Positions 56,005 through 64,000 of a DNA stretch of 64,000 nucleotides are shown in pieces. Numbering within the stretch: the first letter of the stretch is position 1; each line of letters begins with the position of its first letter. This stretch comes from Cyanobacteria bacterium SIG29 (GTDB lineage Bacteria > Cyanobacteriota > Vampirovibrionia > Gastranaerophilales > Gastranaerophilaceae), in contig SUTV01000006.1 in NCBI GenBank assembly GCA_015152515.1, positions 39,457 to 103,456 on the forward strand, in the 5' to 3' direction. The notes beneath the pieces are model-generated. The model had not been told where the DNA came from, ran no database searches, and saw nothing but the letters and a program-made list of their open reading frames with translations. A program made the position numbers and the translations under genes.

Positions 56005-57629
56005 TGGCTCAACTTTCAAAACTTCAAATTAGAGCAAAAGTTCTTTCTGTTATATCTGAAATTAAATCTTTAAATACATTTAGTGAAGATTTAATGAAAA
56101 AATTTATTGAAGAATTATCCGATATTGAAGATAAAGTTTCTTTAATTGATATTTTTATAAAAGAATTTATTAAATTATCTGAAAATGAATATATGTTTGC
56201 TAGTTGTATTATTAAGGCAATCGTTAGTGTTAATTTAGTTCAAGATAAAGTTTTTGAAATATTAAAATCAAATGTTTATTCAGATGATGCAAAATATAAA
56301 TTAGTTCAATTATTAAGAGTTGTTGGTTCTAACAATGCTTATGATGCTATTCCACAGTATTTTGATAATCCAGAAGAAGTTTTAGATAAAGAAACTCAAA
56401 AATTATTAGAAAATGCAGTTTTTAATCCTGAAGCAATGCTTGATTTTCTTGATTTTCTTTATGCTGTTCCACCAAAAGATAAAAAGTTATTGTTATCTTC
56501 TTTAATTGAAGATTATAAAGGTGATGCATTAGCTAATATTATTTATCCAATTTTGTATGCTGATTTTGATGATGAGTTTAAATTATTTGTTATTGATATT
56601 TTATCAGAGTCAAAGTCATCACTTGCTATTGAACCATTTAATTATTTATCTCAAATTACAGATAATCAGGAAGTTATTAATGCTTGTACAGTTGGCTTGA
56701 AAAAATTAAAACTTGCTGGTGCTTCTGAAGAAAAAGCTGATGTTTATTTTACATCTGCTATTAAAGATTTTGTTCCAGCAGAATTTTATACAACTTTGCC
56801 TGATGGAAGTGGCAATCAAGCATTATTAATTTCTAGAAAAAATAAAGAAGATAAATATGCCTTCCAAGCTGTTGTTGTTAATGATAGATATGGAATAGTT
56901 GACTGTTTTGGATTTTATAACATTTCAAAAGGTGAGTTTGATAAAATTGTTGCTAAATTTTATAAATCAGAAGGTAAATATAAGGTATCTTGTGAATATA
57001 TTAAGACTTTAATTAATCAAGCTTTAGAGCAGTCAATTAAAGCAAAAAGAGTTCTTCCTTATGAGTTTATTTGTTGGAATATTTTAACAAGAGATATTAA
57101 ACCTTTAGATTATAATTATGTTGATTTTGTTAATGAAAATATTATTGTTGAAGATGTTGAAAAGGATGATATTTTAGAACTTTTGACAAAAGATTTTACT
57201 TTAAGATGGTTTATTTCTAAAGATGATAATCATTTCTTGGGTGAAGTATTAGATGATTTTTATAAAGCTGATAATTTTGAAAAAGATTCTATAACAAAAA
57301 TGCATACAATAGCTTTATCTTGCGTTGATGAAAATCTTTGGAAAAATAGAATTTATAATTTGGTTTATCTTTTATTTGTTAATAATTTAACAGAAGATGC
57401 GTCTAAGTTTTATAATATATTAACAGATTCTAAATACTTTGATTTGTTTAAATCAATATTAGTTCAAAGAAGCATTTTTAGTCATTTTACTATTTTGCGT
57501 GAAAATCAAAAAGAATTTGCTTTAACTGTAAACATCTTTAGGAAAAAGACAGCTACAGAAAATCAATATGATGTTAAAAAAATAGATAATATTTTAGATA
57601 TTTTAAAGAAATGTTGGATTGATGGATAA
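56004..57629 (+). CDS. hypothetical alpha-helical protein
   Basis: 541 aa. The start overlaps the previous stop (TAATG). It is followed by an overlapping ruvX. No motif recognised. Confidence 0.5.
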   Translation: MAQLSKLQIRAKVLSVISEIKSLNTFSEDLMKKFIEELSDIEDKVSLIDIFIKEFIKLSENEYMFASCIIKAIVSVNLVQDKVFEILKSNVYSDDAKYKLVQLLRVVGSNNAYDAIPQYFDNPEEVLDKETQKLLENAVFNPEAMLDFLDFLYAVPPKDKKLLLSSLIEDYKGDALANIIYPILYADFDDEFKLFVIDILSESKSSLAIEPFNYLSQITDNQEVINACTVGLKKLKLAGASEEKADVYFTSAIKDFVPAEFYTTLPDGSGNQALLISRKNKEDKYAFQAVVVNDRYGIVDCFGFYNISKGEFDKIVAKFYKSEGKYKVSCEYIKTLINQALEQSIKAKRVLPYEFICWNILTRDIKPLDYNYVDFVNENIIVEDVEKDDILELLTKDFTLRWFISKDDNHFLGEVLDDFYKADNFEKDSITKMHTIALSCVDENLWKNRIYNLVYLLFVNNLTEDASKFYNILTDSKYFDLFKSILVQRSIFSHFTILRENQKEFALTVNIFRKKTATENQYDVKKIDNILDILKKCWIDG

Positions 57630-58026
57630 AGTTCTAGGATTAGATATCGGTAAAAAAAGAATTGGTATTTCAATGAGTGATGCTATGGGTATGATTGCGC
57701 ACCCTGTTGAAACAATTTTAAGAGAACCTGAACACTTGGCAATTGAAAAAATTAAAAAAATTTGTAATGATAATAAAATTAAGACGATTGTTGCAGGTTT
57801 ACCTAAAAATATGAATAATACTATTGGTGAACAGGCTCAAGATTGTATAGATTTTACTGAAAATTTTAAAGATGAATATGAAATTATCTTTGAAGATGAG
57901 CGTTTAACCAGCCGTCAAGCAGAATATTTTTTAGCTCAAACAGGTAGGAAATATACAAAAGATAAAAAGTTGGTAGATTTAAAAAGTGCTTGTATAATAT
58001 TACAACAGTATCTTGATAGAAAGTGA
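57619..58026 (+). CDS. ruvX: YqgF/RuvX putative pre-16S rRNA nuclease / Holliday junction resolvase-like
   Basis: VLGLDIGKKRIGISMSD at the N-terminus, plus DERLTS. Confidence 0.85.
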   Translation: MMDKVLGLDIGKKRIGISMSDAMGMIAHPVETILREPEHLAIEKIKKICNDNKIKTIVAGLPKNMNNTIGEQAQDCIDFTENFKDEYEIIFEDERLTSRQAEYFLAQTGRKYTKDKKLVDLKSACIILQQYLDRK

Positions 58027-58032
58027 GTTTTT

Positions 58033-58299
58033 ATGGCAAATCAAAATGATGAATTGATTGAAACTATTGATGAGAATGGTAATAAAGTTACTTTTGAACT
58101 TATCGATATTGTTACAGTTGATGACATTGAGTATGCGCTTCTTCTTCCAAAAGATGTAGAAGATGAAGAAGGTGAAATTCTAGTTATGAGATTGAAAAAA
58201 GAAGGTGATGAATTTACCTTTGAAGCAATTGAAGATGATGATGAATTTAACAAAGTTGCAGAGTATATTGAAGAACTTGAAGATGAAATTGAAGAATAG
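58033..58299 (+). CDS. DUF1292-family acidic small protein (YrzB-like)
   Basis: DENGNKVTFELIDIVTVDDIEYALLLP pattern. The position after ruvX matches the conserved ruvX-DUF1292 arrangement. Confidence 0.7.
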   Translation: MANQNDELIETIDENGNKVTFELIDIVTVDDIEYALLLPKDVEDEEGEILVMRLKKEGDEFTFEAIEDDDEFNKVAEYIEELEDEIEE

Positions 58300-58304
58300 A
58301 TAAT

Positions 58305-58336
58305 AAAAAATCCCGAACATTTAGTTCGGGATTTTA
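58305..58336. terminator. bidirectional rho-independent terminator
   Basis: AAAAAA TCCCGAAC ATTTA GTTCGGGA TTTT. Confidence 0.85.
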
Positions 58337-58354
58337 TTTAATTGTATTACTTAA

Positions 58355-59770
<1,416 letters not shown>

Positions 59771-59775
59771 TTATA

Positions 59776-61167
59776 TCATAACTTTTTACTTTGTAGTAAT
59801 AAAATATATTCTTCGATACTCTTTTTTAAAGATTTTGCAACATTTTTTCTAAATTGAGTGTTTTTTAATAGTATGTATTCGCTTGGATTTATCATATATG
59901 CAACTTCAACAAGTACGCTAACTGGGTTTGTTGCGCGTGTTAATGCAAAACTTGATTTATGTATTCCGTTATCTTGAATACTTAAGTCGTTTGCTAAGTT
60001 GAATTTTATAATTTCTGCCAAAAGTTTTGCGTTTTCATTGTAATAATGTGCTTCTGTACCATGCTTTGCGTATGGATTTTTATTATATGGAAGTGAATTA
60101 CAATGAATACTTATTGATATAAGTGCATTACTATCTTGTGCTTGTTTTACTCTGTCGTATAAATCAACTTTTTTGTCATCAATTCTAGAGTATGTAACAT
60201 TTGCACCTGCTTGAGTTAATAATTTTATTAGATGTTTAGCTATATCTAAATTTATATCTTTTTCTAAAACTCTACTTGGACCTATTGTCCCTTTTTCATT
60301 TCCTCCGTGTCCTGCATCAATAAAAATATTAATTCCATTTAAAGGACATAATTCATCTTCAGATTTTTTGAATTTTGCTTTCTTAAATATTAAATTATTT
60401 TCTTCATAGAAAAAGTCATAACCTAATATTGGCGAATCAAACTCATAAGAATATTCAAAATTTTCTTCATCATACAAGGTCAAAGTGATTTTATCTTTTT
60501 TCTGTTCTGTTGTGAATAAAACAGGACGCGATAAATAGAATTTTAAATAATCATAATTTTCATCTGAGTATTGTTTTTTATCTTTTATAGTTAATTTTAT
60601 TCTGTTTGATAGTGAAATAGGTTCAGTTATGTTTGACTTATGAATCCAAAATTCTGTTTTCCCTTTTTCTTGAATTTTATAATAATCGCCAAGATTTCCG
60701 TCTAAATATAAAACAACATTTTTTTGTAGGTCAGTTATTCTTGAAGAATTATTTTTTGCTCCACTTCTTATTGTTGCTCTATCTTTAATCGTTTTGGCGT
60801 ATAAAACACCTTCTTCGTTTTTAATATATTCAGGTTTTTTAAATTTTTTATTTAAAGTGCTTGGTCTTGGTTTCTTTACCTTAATAAAATCTTTTTCTAT
60901 TATATTATCGTGTTTAGATACAATCTTGATTTTATTTGTTCCGTATTCTAGTGGTACAACGTGTACAAAAAATTCATTTTCCCATAATTCAACTGGGGTA
61001 GAATTTATTTCTACTATTGCATTTTTATTTGTATTTCCTGAAACAAATATTGTATCGCCGTAAGTTGTTAATTCTTTTTGTGTTGGATAAACAATATCTA
61101 TGTGTGCGTTTGCAACTAGTGTTGTAAGAATAAATATAAAAAATGTTGTAATAATGTTTTTAATCAT
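59776..61167 (-). CDS. N-acetylmuramoyl-L-alanine amidase (Amidase_3) with N-terminal accessory domains
   Basis: Signal peptide, then C-terminal IFIDAGHGGNEKGTIGP ... ISIHCNS ... VLVEVAYMINP. Confidence 0.8.
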   Translation of the reverse strand: MIKNIITTFFIFILTTLVANAHIDIVYPTQKELTTYGDTIFVSGNTNKNAIVEINSTPVELWENEFFVHVVPLEYGTNKIKIVSKHDNIIEKDFIKVKKPRPSTLNKKFKKPEYIKNEEGVLYAKTIKDRATIRSGAKNNSSRITDLQKNVVLYLDGNLGDYYKIQEKGKTEFWIHKSNITEPISLSNRIKLTIKDKKQYSDENYDYLKFYLSRPVLFTTEQKKDKITLTLYDEENFEYSYEFDSPILGYDFFYEENNLIFKKAKFKKSEDELCPLNGINIFIDAGHGGNEKGTIGPSRVLEKDINLDIAKHLIKLLTQAGANVTYSRIDDKKVDLYDRVKQAQDSNALISISIHCNSLPYNKNPYAKHGTEAHYYNENAKLLAEIIKFNLANDLSIQDNGIHKSSFALTRATNPVSVLVEVAYMINPSEYILLKNTQFRKNVAKSLKKSIEEYILLLQSKKL

Positions 61168-61280
61168 ATAAAAATTTTAATTTATATTTTTCTTTATTTC
61201 AAATTAGTTAATAAACTTAACTAGCCTTGATATTAGGTGTTGTTTAAGTGTATAATGTTTTCAGATTTTATAGGGGAATT

Positions 61281-62576
61281 ATGGAAAACAATAAGGTAGA
61301 TGTAATTATTGTAGGAGCAGGTCCCGCTGGTGTTAGTTCTGCAGTTGTGCTAGCAAAAGCAGGTAAAAAAGTTTTGCTTGTTGAACGCGGTGATAATGCT
61401 GGTGATAAGAACATGTTTGGCGGTACTATTTATGCTAAACAAACTGCCGAAATTTTCCCTGAATTTTGGAAAGAAGCACCTGTTGAGCGTAATGTTTCCT
61501 CTCAAAAAATATTTATGCTAACTGATTATGAATCAACACAGTTTGAATATAAATATCCTGCGAATGCTTCATATAAAGCTTTTAGCGTTAATCGTTCAAA
61601 GTGGGATAGATGGTGTGTTGAACAAGCTCAAAAAGCTGGTGCTTATTACGCTCCAAAAACTAAAGTTAAAGAACTATTAATAGAAAATGGCAAGGTTGTT
61701 GGTATTCAAACAGAATTTGAAAAATACTATTGTGATATTGTTATCATTGCAGATGGCGTAAATTCTTTACTTGCTAAGCAAATTGGTTTAAGAAATGATT
61801 TTAAAGATTCTGATGTTACTTTAAATGTTAAAGAAGTTATAAAGTTACCAACACAAACTATAGAAGATAGATTTAATTTAGATAATGATGAAGGTTGTGC
61901 TTGTAAAATTTTAGGTGGTCCATTAAAGGATATGTTTGCACTTGGTTTTATGTACACAAATAAAGACACTATTTCTCTTGGTTTTGGTGTTGGTTTAGAT
62001 GAACTAAAAAAACGCAAAATTTCACCTAATGAAATATTAGAGGATTTAAAGGCTCATCCTACAATTGCTAAAATTATTAAAAATGGTGAAACTGTTGAAT
62101 ATAGCGCTCATTTAATTCCTGAAGGTGGATTAAAGTCAATGCCTAAAGTGTATGATAATCGTGTTATGGTTGTTGGTGATGCAGCTATGATGGTAAACAA
62201 TGTTCATATGGAAGGTACTAATTTCGCTATGTTGAGTGGGAAATTGGCTGCTGAAACTGCTATATTTGCAATAGAAAAAGGTGATTTTTCTGCTTCAACT
62301 CTTTCACTTTATTATAAAAAATTAAAAAATAGCATAATCATCAAAGATATGTCTACTCATAAAAATACTATCCCAGTTTTGAAAAAACATATTTCAACTT
62401 TGACTGATTATTATCCTGAGTTATTATGCGAGTTTTTTGCACTTTTAACAGATGTTGATCAAATACCAAAACGCGCAAAATACAGAGGTTTTTTATCTAA
62501 ATTAATTAAAAAAGGGTTTATATTAAAATCAATTCCATTAGGTTTATTTGCTTTGGAGAAATGTTTTAAAAAATGA
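61281..62576 (+). CDS. fixC: FixC-type electron-transfer-flavoprotein:quinone oxidoreductase-like flavoprotein
   Basis: The start is taken at MENNKVDVIIVGAGPAG (AGGGGA SD). The FAD dinucleotide fold and VVGDAAMMVN are present. It overlaps the fixX start by 4 nt. Confidence 0.85.
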   Translation: MENNKVDVIIVGAGPAGVSSAVVLAKAGKKVLLVERGDNAGDKNMFGGTIYAKQTAEIFPEFWKEAPVERNVSSQKIFMLTDYESTQFEYKYPANASYKAFSVNRSKWDRWCVEQAQKAGAYYAPKTKVKELLIENGKVVGIQTEFEKYYCDIVIIADGVNSLLAKQIGLRNDFKDSDVTLNVKEVIKLPTQTIEDRFNLDNDEGCACKILGGPLKDMFALGFMYTNKDTISLGFGVGLDELKKRKISPNEILEDLKAHPTIAKIIKNGETVEYSAHLIPEGGLKSMPKVYDNRVMVVGDAAMMVNNVHMEGTNFAMLSGKLAAETAIFAIEKGDFSASTLSLYYKKLKNSIIIKDMSTHKNTIPVLKKHISTLTDYYPELLCEFFALLTDVDQIPKRAKYRGFLSKLIKKGFILKSIPLGLFALEKCFKK

Positions 62577-62848
62577 ATATAAATGATAAATTAGCTACTT
62601 TAAAATATAATAAAAATAATGAAAGTCATTTAGTTGTTGACAATGACATTTGTATGCGTTGTAACGAAAAATTTTGTACATATATTTGTCCTGCAGATGT
62701 TTATGAATGGAATGAAACTAAATGTAAAATGACAATTAGATATGAAAATTGTCTTGAGTGTGGGGCTTGTAGAATAGCTTGTGAAAAAAAGAATATTTCA
62801 TGGACTTACCCAGATGCTCAATATGGTGTAAAATATAAGAATGGTTAA
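62573..62848 (+). CDS. fixX: FixX ferredoxin-like protein
   Basis: 91 aa containing CMRCNEKFCTYICP and CLECGACRIAC. Confidence 0.85.
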   Translation: MNINDKLATLKYNKNNESHLVVDNDICMRCNEKFCTYICPADVYEWNETKCKMTIRYENCLECGACRIACEKKNISWTYPDAQYGVKYKNG

Positions 62849-62866
62849 TATAAAGAGAGGTATCCT

Positions 62867-63289
62867 ATGCGTGAAGATTTTAACAACAAACAAAGAAGAT
62901 GGTATGATAAAGACCCTATCTTGTCTCGTTCTATGAAAACGCTTGAGGCCTCTGATGATGAAACTCAAATTAAAGTTGCTCTTAATTTGATTAAAATTAT
63001 TGTTGAACATAATTTAGCATTTAGTGAATATACAGATGTAAACGATATTATCAATGCTGTTGAAGAAGGTATGGATTCAACTGCTAACTCTAGATGGTAC
63101 GATATTGATAGAACTGTTAGAGCTGCAATTAATATGTTGGAAAACACTCCTCCTGATACTCAAAAAATTATAGCTAAAGAAATGGCTAAAATTGTTATTG
63201 ATAAAATTAAAGAAGATAAAGATATTGAAGAATTAAAAAGAGAACTAGAACAACAAGGTTTATTCGACGATTCTGATGAAAGTCTATAA
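62867..63289 (+). CDS. hypothetical protein with internal RWYD duplication
   Basis: 140 aa. RRWYDKDPILSRSMKTLE and SRWYDIDRTVRAAINMLE are related segments. The tail is acidic. Confidence 0.45.
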   Translation: MREDFNNKQRRWYDKDPILSRSMKTLEASDDETQIKVALNLIKIIVEHNLAFSEYTDVNDIINAVEEGMDSTANSRWYDIDRTVRAAINMLENTPPDTQKIIAKEMAKIVIDKIKEDKDIEELKRELEQQGLFDDSDESL

Positions 63290-63300
63290 GAAAGCAATCT

Positions 63301-64000
63301 ATGTCCATCCGTAAAATTTGGAATATTAACTCTTTAGAAATTAGTCAAGATATACTCCTTGCTTGCGGTGGTAATCGTGTACTTGCTAAGTTGCTTCTTA
63401 ATAGAAATATTAATACTGTTGATAAAGTTAATGATTTTTTAAATCCTTTAAAGTCTCCATTATCATCACCTGATGTTTTTGTTGATATGCAAAAGTCAGT
63501 TGATAGAATTAAATCTGCAATTGAAAAAAAAGAAAATATTACAATATATGGTGACTTCGATTGTGATGGAATAACATCTACTTCTATTTTATATTTAACT
63601 TTGAAACAAATTGGTGCTAATGTTGATTATTATTTGCCAAATCGTGCAACAGAAAGTCACGGTTTGAATACAAAAGCACTTGTAAACATAATTGCAAAAA
63701 GAAAAACAAAACTTATTATTACAGTTGACTGCGGTATTTCTAATGTTGATGAAGTCAAATTTGCAAATGGCTTTAAAACTGATGTTATTATTACAGACCA
63801 CCATGAAGCACCAGAAATTTTGCCTAATGCTTATGCAATATTAAATCCTAAATCACCTAATGCTTTAGTAGATAATTTAACAATTGATGAACTTCAAAGT
63901 TTAAATTATTTAGCAGGTGTTGGTGTTGCTTTTAAGCTAGCTTGTAAGTTATTAGAAATGTATTCAAAAGAGAATTTTGTTCACGAAATTTTGCCTTTAG
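63301..64000 (+). CDS. recJ: single-stranded-DNA-specific exonuclease RecJ, N-terminal part (cut by window edge)
   Basis: Absent from the ORF track because there is no stop within the window. Translation from ATG 63301 gives ...ITIYGDFDCDGITSTSIL...ITVDCGIS...IITDHHEAP, the DHH-family motifs I-III. Confidence 0.85.
   Translation, partial: MSIRKIWNINSLEISQDILLACGGNRVLAKLLLNRNINTVDKVNDFLNPLKSPLSSPDVFVDMQKSVDRIKSAIEKKENITIYGDFDCDGITSTSILYLTLKQIGANVDYYLPNRATESHGLNTKALVNIIAKRKTKLIITVDCGISNVDEVKFANGFKTDVIITDHHEAPEILPNAYAILNPKSPNALVDNLTIDELQSLNYLAGVGVAFKLACKLLEMYSKENFVHEILPL

Overview
The window is visibly AT-rich and gene-dense, with about 60 CDS, one tRNA and no rRNA, CRISPR array or intact mobile element. 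It looks like a chromosomal segment from an anaerobic, fermentative, diderm bacterium. Supporting gene content: LptC/LptA, MlaD, Lgt and a TolC-like protein; a trimeric HydABC-type [FeFe]-hydrogenase; PFOR (nifJ); a 2-oxoacid:ferredoxin oxidoreductase; FixCX; and glutamate dehydrogenase. A VKOR-thioredoxin fusion plus this metabolism is compatible with a Melainabacteria/Gastranaerophilales-like lineage, but that is inference only.

Housekeeping genes dominate: ligA (partial), prfB, metG, rph, dus, queH, nth, upp, pgeF, lgt, ruvX, gdhA and recJ (partial).

The parts not explained by routine annotation are:
1. A radical-SAM-rich accessory locus at 1.8-8.4 kb. It holds a PLP decarboxylase translationally coupled to a Cys-rich radical SAM enzyme, a DMT exporter, an acidic EF-hand protein, a B12-radical SAM with a CX4CX2C motif, and a small protein.
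2. A second radical SAM/SPASM gene at 49.4-50.9 kb. It is preceded by a proline-rich tail-anchored small protein and a hairpin that buries its SD.
3. A short N-terminal S/T-F-x-[G/K] motif shared by five or six otherwise unrelated hypothetical proteins. Two of them are GNAT-like paralogs bracketing nifJ.
4. A seven-fold tandem IENR1/NUMOD1-like HTH array protein with no nuclease domain. It sits beside an orphan, probably 5'-truncated terminase large subunit directly downstream of tRNA-Phe.
5. A complete micro-gene in the 384-nt gap downstream of hydA: promoter, SD, a 29-aa Met-rich ORF and a terminator. A fully antisense 38-aa hydrophobic ORF overlaps it.
6. Several unusual fusions or stand-alone domains: a TolC-like protein with a PBP-like N-terminal domain, a stand-alone ClpX zinc-ribbon, and a minimal kinase-like protein inside an aminotransferase-KOR operon.

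All functional calls come from motif recognition by eye. No database search was run.
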